From an uncultured Planctomycetota bacterium (GTDB taxonomy: Bacteria; Planctomycetota; PLA2; JAEUHO01), in the NCBI GenBank assembly GCA_963752285.1, contig CAVVXN010000005.1:960001-1024000 (forward strand): a stretch of DNA of 64,000 nucleotides, in the 5' to 3' direction. Position 1 is the first letter of the stretch. Each line of letters starts with the position of its first letter. The position numbers were made by a program, and so were the translations under genes. Shown here one piece after another: positions 51,783-62,500 of this stretch. The notes below the pieces were generated by a model, which ran no database searches, was not told the DNA's origin, and worked only from the letters and a program-made list of their open reading frames with translations.

Positions 51783-54700
51783 TCACGAGGCCCGCCCGGC
51801 CACGGCGGTCTCCGCGAGGGCCACGGCGAGGACGTGGCCCCTCGTCACCGAGGTCCGGACGCGGAGGTCCGCTCCGCCCTCGTGGCGCACGTCGAACGCG
51901 CCGTCCGGGCAGATCCGGACGGCCTCGTACGCCTTCGGCCGCCCGCGAAGGCCGGTGCCCCGGGCCTTCGCCGCGGCCTCCTTCGCGCACCAGAGTCGCG
52001 TCGCCCACGTCGGGTCGTCCGGGTGCCCTGCTTCGGCGAGGCGGCGCACCTCGTCCTCCGTCGCGAACGAAGCGACGTCGAGGTCCCGCGCGGCGTCCGC
52101 GCGCTCGAGGTCCACCCCCACCGGGCCGGACGCGGCCACCGCGACGGCCGCGTCCTCGGTGTGGGACAGCGACAGGTAGGGCGCCGGACCTCCCCCCGCC
52201 TCGCGGACGCGCGGCGCGCCCGCCTCGTCCGTTCCGATGGAGACGGCCGCCGGATGGAGCATGTCGTCCCGGCCCGCGCGCCGCGCCAGGAAGGCGCGGA
52301 GCGCGTCCTTGAGCGCCGCGCGCCCGAGGAGCCAGGCGCGACGCCGACGCGGCGTCGCGTCGAGCGCGCGCCATGCCGCCTCCTCGTCGGCGTGGAGGAC
52401 GTTTCGCGCGAGCCAGTCGGGCGGCAGGTCGCGCACCGCGTCGGCGTCGAGCCACACCACGACGTCGCCGGGATCGAGGCCGAGCGCGGTCGGGTCGCCC
52501 TCGACCGGCTCGGCCAGCAGGTGACGCCGCGGCGCGCGGTGGTTCTCGAGCAGACGTCGCGGCCAGCGGAACGCGGCGTCGCGCCACCCCCGCAGGCGGA
52601 ACCACACGTGGCCCTCGCCGTCCTCCACCTCGACGTCCGCGACGGTGCGCCGACGCTCCCAGTCGACCTCCCTGAGCTCCGCGCGCGCGGGGCACCGCGT
52701 GCCCGGCGCGGGGCTCGCGCGGTACAGCTCGACCCGGTCCACGGCCACCGGGAGCACGTAGCCCTCCTCTCCGTGGAACCACGACCCCACGAGCTGTCCC
52801 GCGCCGTCGAGCGTAACGGGGTCGAGCAGGAGGTGCGGGTCGGGCTCGCCGCGGAACAGCTCGTCCCGGCGCAGCACCTCGAGCGTCCCGGCGACGCCGC
52901 GCCCGCGGCGCTCCGTGAGCTCCGCGAGGCAGCGGAACCGTGGGCCGTGGAACAGCTCCCCGTCCTCGTAGAGGCGACGTGCCGTCGTGCCGAACGGCCG
53001 GTCGTCCGGGAAGCGCGTGAACGCGAACCGGACCGTCTCGCGGTAGCGCGTACCCAGGTGGACGTCGGCGCGCGCGACCCGATCGTCCCCCACGGACGCC
53101 TCCACGCGCACGACGGCCGCCTCGGCCGAGCGCCGCCGGACCTCGGCCCGGACCGCCACGCGCACCCGGTCCACGCCCTCGAACGCGATCCAGCGCCGGG
53201 CCCGCACGTCCTCGAGCGCCACGAGGCCGAGACCCGGCGCGAGGTGGACCGCGTGTTCCGACAGCATCTCCATGGTCATCGTGAGCGGGACGACGGGGAG
53301 ACACAGCGCGAGCGGCTTCTCGCCCCGCGCGTTCGAGAACACGTGGTCGGCGAGCCAGGGGTGCTCGGCGAGCGCGAGGTCCACGACGGTCTCGAGCCGC
53401 ACGCCCGGCTCGTGCGCCGTGACCCGTCCCACGAACGGCATCCGCCCGCGCGGCGCGCGCAGCTCCCTCGCGGCCGACGCGCGCGGGGCCTGCGGCGGGA
53501 CGGGGGGCGCCGGCGACGCGGCCAAGACCGGGGCCACCGCCTCCGCCTCGGTCTCCGGCGGTGCATCCGGCGCCTCGTGCATCGGAGGCCAGTAGAAGCT
53601 GAGGGGGACCGCGGCGCGCGGGGGCGACGCGGGGTCGCGCGGTCGGTCGAGGTCGATCGGCGCCGGGCGCCGCGCGGGGAAGAGCCCCGTCCGGTCGATC
53701 GCGAAGCCGTGCGCGAAGAGCTGGCCCGCGAGCGCCTGGATCTGCGTCAACGGCTCGCGGTGCGCCACGTCCATCGCCACGCAGACCACGTCGTCCCGGT
53801 CGAGCACGGAGCGGCTGTTCGCCGCCATCGTCCCCGACCCGATCTGCACGATGAAGCGCGCGCCCTCGTCGGCCATGCGTCGCATCGTCTGCCAAAAGCG
53901 GATGGGGCGCGACACGTTGGTGCGGAGCACGCGATCGACGTCGTCCGGGTCGCCACGGATCGGCGCTCCGAGCACCGCCGACCAGATCTCGATCCGCGCC
54001 GGACGAAGGCGCTCCAGCTTGCCGAGCGCCTTCGCGAACTCCGCCTCCACGTCGGCGAGGTGCGGCGTGTGGATGGGCGGGAACGGCAACGGCTGCGCGA
54101 GGATCCGCGCGCCACGGAGGGCTTCGGCGAGCGCGCGCACCGCCGTCTCGGGCCCTCCCACCACCTGGGTCGTCGGCGAGAGGTGGAGGCCGATCGACAC
54201 GCCCGGATGCGCGGCCAGGAAGGGGAGGAGCTCCTCCTCCGACGCCCCCACCATCGCGATGATGCCGGTGCCCTGGACGGGGAGCTGGATGTCGAACGCC
54301 TTCCAGAAGCCCGGCACGTGCTCCTCGAAGTCGGTCATCCCGGCGGCGAGCACCGCGGAGACGTCGCCGAGGCTCTGCCCGCACACCATGTCGGCCCGCA
54401 CACCGAGCGAGCAGAGGATCCGCCAGGCCGCCTCGTTGTTCGCGAGCATCCCCATGTGGGAGAGGCTCCGCGCGTCGGGGCGCGCGGGCGCCTCGGCCTC
54501 CGACGCCGACACGCGGGGCGGCGGCGCGAACCGCGCGAGGAGCGCCGCGCGCGTCTCGGCCGGCAGGTGCGGCGGCGGCACGAGGAGGAGGCTCGTCGGG
54601 ACGGGGTCCCCGGGGTTCCCGTCGCGCCGCTCCACGTGGTCGAAGACCTCGCGGGCCGCCGGGAAGTGGAGGCAGGTCTCGAGCAGGTGGCGCGGGAACT

Positions 54701-56561
54701 CGCCGACGAGGCCCGGGAACGCGAGGCCCGGGAACACGGCCGCGATCCGACCGCGCGGCCCGTCCACTCCCGTCGCCGGGTCCGAGACGTAGAGGAGATC
54801 GGCCTCCCGGGTCTCGAGCGCGCCGGACTCGATCGCGGCGACGAGCGCGTCGAGCCGCGGCTCGAGCGGCTCGGACGCGTCGTGCACGAACGCGAGCCGC
54901 GCGGCGTCCTGTGCGCGCGCCTCGCCCAGGGCGGCCCACGCGAGGTCCTCGAGCGTCGCCGCGCGCCGGTCGGCGCGCACGAACGCGAGGAGGCGCCGGA
55001 GCCGCGCCGCGACCGCCACGCGGTCGCGGCCCGAGAACAGGAGGACCTCCGTCGCGCGGCGGACGCGACTCTCGGGCGCGCGCGCGACGAGCACGGGTCC
55101 GCCGAGGGCCTCCTCCGACTCCGTGCGCCCGGCGCCGGGGACAACCACCCGCGTCGCGCGCGCGGGCACGGGCCGCGCCTCCTCCAGCACGACGTGCGCG
55201 TCGATGCCCCCGAAGCCGAAGGCGTCCACGCCCGCGCGGCGGGGCGCGGCCGGCGACTCGAGCCAGGGACGCGCGGCGCCGGGGACCCAGAACGACGTGT
55301 CGGCGAGCGCGGGGTGGGGCTGCTCGCAGTGGAGGCTCGGGTAGACCACCTTGTTCGAGAGCGAGAGCGCGGTCTTGATCAGCGCGGCCACGCCCGCGGC
55401 GGGCATCAGGTGGCCGATCATCGACTTCACGGAGCCCAGCGGGCGCGCCGGCACGCCGCCGCGCGGCGGACCGAACACACGGCGCAGCGTCTCCAGCTCG
55501 ACGTCGTCGCCCTCGCGCGTCCCCGTGCCGTGCGCCTCGACGAGCCCGATCGTCTCGGGATCGACGCCGGCGTCGTGGTACGCCCGCTCGAGCGCCCGCA
55601 CCTGTCCCCCCGCCGCGGGGGCGAGGACGCCGCGCTGGCGTCCGTCGCTCGCACTGCCGGCGCCCTTGACGATCGCCCACACCGGGTGGCGGCGGGCGAT
55701 CGCGTCGTCCAGGCGCTCGAGCACGACGGCGCCCGCGCCCTCGCCGATGAGCATGCCGTCCGCGCGCCGGTCGAACGGCCGGATGCGTTCGGAGGGCGAG
55801 ATCGCGAGGATCCGGTCGAAGAGCCACCAGAACGCCGGCACCTGCGTGAGGTTGACGCCCGCCGCGACGGCGATCTCCGCGCGCCCGTCGCGGAGCCGGA
55901 GCACGGCGGTCTCGAGGGCGAGGAGCGACGAAGCGCACGCGCCGTCCACCGTGAAGGCCGAGCCGCCGAGGTCCAGGCGGTTCGCCGCGCGGGACGGGAC
56001 GAGATTGGGGATGCTCGAGGCGAGCCCGTCCACGTCGTACGGAGGAAGCGTGCGGCGCAGGGCGGCGTCGATCCCGTCGAGGAGCTCCGGGCCGAGGCCC
56101 GGCGCGCGCGACGAGAGGAAGCGCGAGAAGCGGTCGATGCCCTCCGACCGCAGGAACACCTCCATCATCTTGTTGCTGGTGTAGCCGCCGCGCCCGACGA
56201 TCAGGTCGGTCGCGGCGCGCCGCGGGTCGTCGCGACCGACGCCGGCGTCTTCGAGCGCCCGCGCGACCACGTCGAGCAGCAGGAACTGGTCGGGATCGCC
56301 GTCCCGCGCGATCCTCGGCATGATGCCGTACCGCGCGCCGTCGAACCAGTGCGGCGTGTCGAGGAACCCGCCGCGGCGGAAGCGGATGTGCGCCTCGTGG
56401 TCCGAAGGGACCTCGTGGTTCTGCGCGCCGGGCCAGCGCTCCCGGGGGAGATCCCGGAGCGCGTCCACGCCGCGAGCCAGGTTGCTCGCGAACGTCGCGA
56501 GGTCCGGCGCGCCGGGGAACACGCACGCCATCCCGACGATCGCGACGTCCCTCTCGCTCAT
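51783..56561 (-). CDS. PUFA-synthase-like PKS subunit 2: KS-AT-DH-PPTase
   Basis: From ATG 56561 (4-nt overlap with the upstream stop): KS (DGACASS, EAHGTGT, KSMIGH), AT (GQSLG, PIHT), DH (HPWLADH...VVP, LDGAGQ), Sfp-type PPTase (LSLSH, VGVDLE, WCAKEAAAKARG). Confidence 0.92.
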   Translation of the reverse strand: MSERDVAIVGMACVFPGAPDLATFASNLARGVDALRDLPRERWPGAQNHEVPSDHEAHIRFRRGGFLDTPHWFDGARYGIMPRIARDGDPDQFLLLDVVARALEDAGVGRDDPRRAATDLIVGRGGYTSNKMMEVFLRSEGIDRFSRFLSSRAPGLGPELLDGIDAALRRTLPPYDVDGLASSIPNLVPSRAANRLDLGGSAFTVDGACASSLLALETAVLRLRDGRAEIAVAAGVNLTQVPAFWWLFDRILAISPSERIRPFDRRADGMLIGEGAGAVVLERLDDAIARRHPVWAIVKGAGSASDGRQRGVLAPAAGGQVRALERAYHDAGVDPETIGLVEAHGTGTREGDDVELETLRRVFGPPRGGVPARPLGSVKSMIGHLMPAAGVAALIKTALSLSNKVVYPSLHCEQPHPALADTSFWVPGAARPWLESPAAPRRAGVDAFGFGGIDAHVVLEEARPVPARATRVVVPGAGRTESEEALGGPVLVARAPESRVRRATEVLLFSGRDRVAVAARLRRLLAFVRADRRAATLEDLAWAALGEARAQDAARLAFVHDASEPLEPRLDALVAAIESGALETREADLLYVSDPATGVDGPRGRIAAVFPGLAFPGLVGEFPRHLLETCLHFPAAREVFDHVERRDGNPGDPVPTSLLLVPPPHLPAETRAALLARFAPPPRVSASEAEAPARPDARSLSHMGMLANNEAAWRILCSLGVRADMVCGQSLGDVSAVLAAGMTDFEEHVPGFWKAFDIQLPVQGTGIIAMVGASEEELLPFLAAHPGVSIGLHLSPTTQVVGGPETAVRALAEALRGARILAQPLPFPPIHTPHLADVEAEFAKALGKLERLRPARIEIWSAVLGAPIRGDPDDVDRVLRTNVSRPIRFWQTMRRMADEGARFIVQIGSGTMAANSRSVLDRDDVVCVAMDVAHREPLTQIQALAGQLFAHGFAIDRTGLFPARRPAPIDLDRPRDPASPPRAAVPLSFYWPPMHEAPDAPPETEAEAVAPVLAASPAPPVPPQAPRASAARELRAPRGRMPFVGRVTAHEPGVRLETVVDLALAEHPWLADHVFSNARGEKPLALCLPVVPLTMTMEMLSEHAVHLAPGLGLVALEDVRARRWIAFEGVDRVRVAVRAEVRRRSAEAAVVRVEASVGDDRVARADVHLGTRYRETVRFAFTRFPDDRPFGTTARRLYEDGELFHGPRFRCLAELTERRGRGVAGTLEVLRRDELFRGEPDPHLLLDPVTLDGAGQLVGSWFHGEEGYVLPVAVDRVELYRASPAPGTRCPARAELREVDWERRRTVADVEVEDGEGHVWFRLRGWRDAAFRWPRRLLENHRAPRRHLLAEPVEGDPTALGLDPGDVVVWLDADAVRDLPPDWLARNVLHADEEAAWRALDATPRRRRAWLLGRAALKDALRAFLARRAGRDDMLHPAAVSIGTDEAGAPRVREAGGGPAPYLSLSHTEDAAVAVAASGPVGVDLERADAARDLDVASFATEDEVRRLAEAGHPDDPTWATRLWCAKEAAAKARGTGLRGRPKAYEAVRICPDGAFDVRHEGGADLRVRTSVTRGHVLAVALAETAVAGRAS

Positions 56562-59500
56562 CGTCGCCCCGGGGTCGTGCCTCCGCGGGCGAGCGCGGGC
56601 GCGCCGACCGCCCACACCACCTCCGGTGACCGCTCCGTCGTTCGCCGGATCTCGTCGAGGAACGCCTCGCTCCCGTCCGCGGGGTCGATCAGCCCGATCC
56701 CCCGCTCCCGGTAGACGCGGCGGAGCCCGTCCGAGAGCATCCCGCCGTCCCACGGGCCCCAGTTGATCGCGACGACGCGCGCCGGCCAGCGCCGGTCGAG
56801 GTCGGCCGCGAGCTTGTTCAGGACCTCGTTGGCGGCGCTGTAGTCCGCCTGGCCCGCGTTCCCGAACCGGCCGGACACCGACGAGAAGAACGCGAGGAAG
56901 CGGAGCCGCTCGGGGTCGAGCCGCCGCGCGAGCACGAGCGCGGGCCGCACCTTCGTGTCGAACACCCGCGCGCAGGACGCGGCGGTCTTGTCCTCGATGC
57001 GCCGATCCTCGACCACGCCGGCGGCGTGGATCACGCCGTCGATCCGTCCGTGCCGCGCGTACACGTCGTCGATCAGGTTCCCGAACGCCTCGTCGTCGCG
57101 GACGTCGAGGGCGTGGTACTCGACCGCGGCGCCCGTGGCCTCGAGGGCCGCGAGGTTCGCGCGGACCTCGCGCTCCACCAGGACCCGTCGCGCCTCCGTC
57201 TCGATCGCCTCCGGCCGCGGCGGCGCGCCCGACGCGGCGGCACGGCGCGCCAGCGCCGCGCGAAGGGCGGCGCCGTCCCGCGCGCCGGCGAGGTCGGCCG
57301 GCTCGGCCGCCGGCCCCGGTCGGGGCGAGCGCCCGACGATCACGAGCAGCGCCCCGGACGCCGCGGCGAGACGCTTCAGCACCTCGGCGGTGATCCCGCG
57401 CGCGCCGCCCGTCACGAGCACGACCGACTCCGCGTCGAGGGGCAGCGCGGCGAGCGCGCCGGCGTCGCCGCCGGGGTGGCCGTCGCCATCCCCGTGGCCG
57501 TTGCCGTTCCCCGTGCCGTTCCCGGCCCCCGAGCCGTTCCCGTGCCCGCCGGCGGCGGCGAGGTCGAGACGCCAGCGGCCGGCGCGGTCGAGGCCCACCT
57601 CGACCAGGTCGTCCGTCGCGCCCGCCTCGGCGGCGAGCCGCGTCAGCACGATCTCGGCGTCGGCGTCGGGGTCGACGTCGATCGACTTCACCCGGACGCC
57701 GGGCCACTCCTTCGCCAGCGCCTTGAAGAAGCCGACGCTCGCCGCCTGCGCCACCGCGAGCGGGCGCCGGCCCCCGAGGCCGAAGCGACCGTCGAGCGCG
57801 GTGACGTTCAACAGCAGGGCGCCTCCGGCCTCCGCCGACGCCCGGAGGTCGGGGCCGAACGCCTGCCCCACGGTCAGCAGCTGCCGGAGGATCCGCGCCC
57901 CCGCGCCGGCCTCGTCCGTCGCGTCCCGCACCCTGGGATCGAGGCCCAGGAGGTTCACGAGGGCGCCGACGCGCCGTCCGCCGTCCGCGAGGACCGCGCG
58001 GAGGCGGTCCACCGCCGCGCGGTCCTCGAGGTCCACGGCGAAGCGACGCTCGTCGAGGCGTTCGAACCCGCGACCCGGCAGCACCTGCCACGCGGGGACC
58101 CCGGCGCTCCGGAGCCCGCTCCCGATCGCGCCGTACGCCTCGGGCCCGTCTCCGAGCACGAGCACGCCCGCGTCCGGCGCGAGCCCGAGTGTCGTCGGCT
58201 CGAGATCCGCCGGAGGAAGCGCGGCCTCGACGCTCTCGAGCACCCACCGCTCGACGGGACGGGCCGGCGGCGAAGCGACGGTCGCCGCCGACGGGGTGTC
58301 GGTGGTCGCCGTCGCGCTCCCGGACGGCGCGGCCCCGGACGGCGGGGCCGCGGGGGCGACGGACGCGCGGGCCGCGCGGGCGTTCGTGCCGTCGTCGGCC
58401 GGCGACGGCGGCACGTCGGCGCCGACCACCTCGCGCTGGTGCGCGTAGCGCTCGACGATCGCGCCTATCGTCTTGAGCCGCGTGAACTCGGCCAGCACCT
58501 CCTCCTCGTCCTGGTCGGGGTCGGCGAAGTAGCGGTGGTAGCGCTTCAAGGCCGAGAAGATCTCCATCAGCTTGATGGAGTCGATTCCGAGGCCCGCCTC
58601 GAGCGGCACGTCCGGGAGGAGCAGATCCTCCGGGTAGCCCGTGCGCCGGCTCACCTCGCGGAGCAGCTCCTGGTGGAACGTCTCGACCGAGGGCGCCTCG
58701 CCGGCCGCGGCCTCGCCCGTCACCGCGCGCGCGCCCCCGGCCGTGTCGCTCGCGGCGGGCGTGTCGGACGACACGTCGTTCCCTCGCGCCGCCCCCGGCC
58801 CGGGCGCGGACGGATCGGCGCCCCCGCCCCCGACCTCGGGCGACCCCGGCGACGCGAGCGGCTCGAGCGGCGCGAGGACCGGCGTCGGCACGACGCCGAG
58901 GAAGGCGGGCTCGGCGCCGGAGGCCCCCGCCTCCGCGGGCGGGCGGACCGGGGGGACCGAGCCCGACGGGGTCCCGTCGAGGAGCCGCGTCTGGAGCTCG
59001 ATCAGCCGCTCGAATACGCGCTGCTGCTCGCGCTGGAGGCCGATCCAGTCGCGGATCGTCCGCTGGACCTCGAGCGGGAGGGTCGCATCGCCCCGCGCGC
59101 CGCGGACCTCCGGTCCGAGCGGCCGTTCGATGGGCGCGGGCGTCGGGGACGGCGGCGGAGCGGGGGACGGATCGGGCTCGGGCATCGGCGGAGGGTCGCC
59201 GCTCTCGCCGTCCCGTCCACCCGCGCGCGGGGTGCGGGCGGGCGCGGGCACGACGGCACGCGCCTTGGGCGCGGACGCGGGCCCGTCCGCGGGCGACGCG
59301 CCCGGGGCCGCGGATCGCGCGGCCTCTCCGGCCCGGGGGGCGACGGGCGAGACGCCGCCCGGCTCCACGAGCACGTCGGTCGGCCGGACCCTCTCGGCCT
59401 CGCGGATCTCGCGCGTCACCTCCGAGAGCCCCCGCGACCCGAAGCCTCGGCGCGTGAAGAGCGGCGCGAGGTCCACCTCGAGCCCGATCGCGAACGCGCG

Positions 59501-62500
59501 CGCGAGGAGCCTCGCGAGGACGAGCCCTCCGGGCTCGCCGGGAAGGTCGAGCGGGAGGGTCACGTGCGGCCGCCCCTCGAGGATCCGGCGCACGAACCCG
59601 GAGAGGATCCCGCCGGGACCCGCCTCGACGAACACCCGCGCGCCCGCGTCGTGCATCGCGCGGACCTGCTCTACGAACCGCACGGGATGCGAGAGGTGAC
59701 GCCCCAGCAGCTCCTTCATCGCCACGACGTCGCGCGGGTACGGCTTGGCGGTCACGTTGCTGTGCACCGGGACCGCCGGCGGCCGCATCGCGACCTTCTC
59801 GAGCTCCGGCAGGATCGCCTTCGAGGCCTCCGTGACGAGCGCGGTGTGGAACGCGGCCGACACCGGGACACGCCGGGCCGCGAGCCCACGGGCCGCGAGA
59901 CGGGTGAGGCCCTCGTCCACCGCCGCGCGCGGGCCGGCCACGATCGTCTGGCGGGGCGCGTTCAGGTTCGCGATCTCGAGACCCAGATGCTCCTCGGCGA
60001 GGGCCGCCCGGACCTCGTCCTCGCCGGCCGCGACGGCGATCATCCCGCCCTCGCCCTCGGCGGCGACGTCGTGGACCGCGGCGCCGCGGAGCGCAGAGAC
60101 GACGAGCAGGTCGCGTCGCCCGTACGCGCCGGCGGCGTGGAGCGCGACGTACTCGCCGTACGAATGCCCGGCGGTGAAGGCGGGCCGGAGGCCGAACGTC
60201 GCGAGCACGTCGAGCGCGAAGAGCTCGACCGCGCCGAGCGCGGGCTGGGCGACGCGCGTGTCCTCGAGCTCCTCCCGCCGGCGGCGACGGTCGGCCTTCG
60301 TCCACGCCGGCTGCGGGAACACGTAGGCGGACAGCGGCACCGGCAGCAGGTCGCGCAGGAGGTGGTCGGCCTCCTCGAACACGCTCGTGTCGAACCCGGC
60401 GGTCGTGACGAGGTCGCCGAGCATGCCGATGCGCTGCGCGCCCTGGCCCGGGAACAGGAAGGCGACCTCCTTCGCGCGCGCCGGGGGCGCGTCCGAGAGC
60501 CAGGTCCCGCGCGCCTCGTCGAGGCCCGCCCCCGCGGCGAGCGCCTCACGCGCCCTCGCGAGCGCCGATCGGAGGTCCGAGAGCGAGGACGCCACGACGC
60601 CGAGCCGCGCCGCGTCGGGCCCGTCACGGTCGCGTGCGCGCTCGTCGGCGTGGACCGCGGCGGCCACGCGCGCGAGGGCGCCCTCGGGCAGGCCGGCCGT
60701 CTCGCCCTCGATCCTCGCGACCGCCTCCGCGAGGGCCTCGCGCGTCGGGCGCCCGATCGACACCACCTCGGCGTCGCGCGGCGCGAGGTCCCGCGTCGCG
60801 TCCGGGCAAAACGCGTCCTCGTACGCCTCCAGGACCACGTGGAAGTTCGTCCCCCCGAACCCGAACGCGCTGACGCCCGCGCGGCGCGCCGGGTGGCGCA
60901 CGTCGCGGATCCAGGGCCGCCGCTCGGTGTTCGCGTACACGCGGGAGCCCGCTTCGAGGAGACGCGGGTTCGGGCGCTCCACGTGGAGCGTGGGCGGCAG
61001 CGTGCGGTGCGAGAGCGCCAGCGCCGTCTTCACGAGGCCGGCGAGGCCCGCCGCGGTCTTCGCGTGGCCGATCTGCGACTTCACGGAGCCGATCGCACAC
61101 GTCGGACGCCCGGGACCGAGCACGGCCTGGAGCGACTCGATCTCGGCCGCGTCCCCCACCGCCGTGCCGGTCGCGTGGGCCTCGATCAGCTCGACGGTCG
61201 CCGGGTCCACACCGGCGTCCTCGTACGCACGACGCAGCGCGAGGACCTGCCCCGCGGGATGCGGCGCCGTCAGGCTCCGGTTCCGCCCGTCGCTCGAGGT
61301 CCCGATGCCCCGGATCACCGCGTACACGTCGTCGCCGTCGCGCTCCGCGTCCTCGAGGCGCTTCAGCACGACGGCCCCGACGCCCTCGCCGAGCACGATC
61401 CCGTCCGCGCCGGCGTCGAAGGGGCGCGGCACGTCCCCCGGCGTGAGTGCCTGGGTCTTCGCGAAGCCCATGAACGTGAACGCGTTGTTCGAGCCGTCGG
61501 CCGCGCCGACCACGACCACGTCGGCGACGCGTGACCGGAGCTGTCCCACGGCGGCGTGGAGCGCCGCCAGCGACGACGAGCACGCGGCGTCCACCACGTA
61601 GTTCGCACCCATGAGGTCGAGCCGGTTCGCGATGCGACCGGCGATCAGGTTGGGGAGCACGCCGGGGAACACGTCCTCGGTCCACGGGGGCAGGGCGGCC
61701 CGCACCGATTCGACCGCCCGCCGCCGCGCGTCGTCGCCGAGCGACGATGTGCGGAGGAGGAGCTGCTCGACCATCGTGCGGAACACGTACGAGATGCCCA
61801 GGTCGTGGATCCCGCTCGACCCGAAGATCACGCTCGTCCGCTCGCGCGGGAAGGGATGGCGGTCGAAGCCCGCGTCCTCGAGCGCGCGCCGCGCGGTCTC
61901 GAGCGCCAGGAGCTGCACGGGCTCGAGGTGCGTCACGGTCGCCGGCGGGATGCCGTAGCGCAGCGGGTCGAAGCGGATCGGCTCCAGGAACGCGCCCCGG
62001 CGCGCGTAGAGCCGGTCGGGCGCGCGACGGTCGGGGTCGTAGAAGAGGCTCGGGCTCCATCGCGACTCGGGCACGTCCCGGACCGCGTCCGCGCCCCGGA
62101 GCACGCACGCCCAGAACGAGGCGAGGTCGGGCGCGCCCGGGAAGCAGCACGCCATGCCCACGATCGCGATGCGCTCCCCGCCGCTGCGCCGGCGCGCGCC
62201 GACCGCGAGCGGCACGGCGTGCCGGTGCGTCCACTCGACCGCGCCGCGGGAGACCGCGTCGTGGAGCGCCGCCATCGACTGCCGGCCGTCGCGGAGCGTC
62301 GCGACGTCGCCGAGCATGAACATGCCCTCTCGCCGCTGTTCGGACGAGTCCACGCGCTCGAGCTCGCCCTCGAGGCGTTCGGCGCGGGACGCGAGGTCGT
62401 CGGCCTCCGCGTCGGCTCGCCCGCGGCGTCGGAGTCCCTTCGAGGCGACGCGGAGCCGCCCCACGTTCAGGATCTCCAGGTCCACCCGCACGTCCTCGGC

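Noticed and set aside
56562..60305. N-terminal 1250 aa of the 2840-aa ORF (possible giant PKS or frameshift fusion)
   Set aside because: Off-frame overlap with PKS subunit 1; the real gene starts at ATG 56561 overlapping the upstream stop, and both genes have complete termini.
51207..61534. Very long plus-strand ORFs (1835 aa, 1502 aa)
   Set aside because: Antisense to the PKS genes, Arg/Gly/Ala-rich with no domain motifs.
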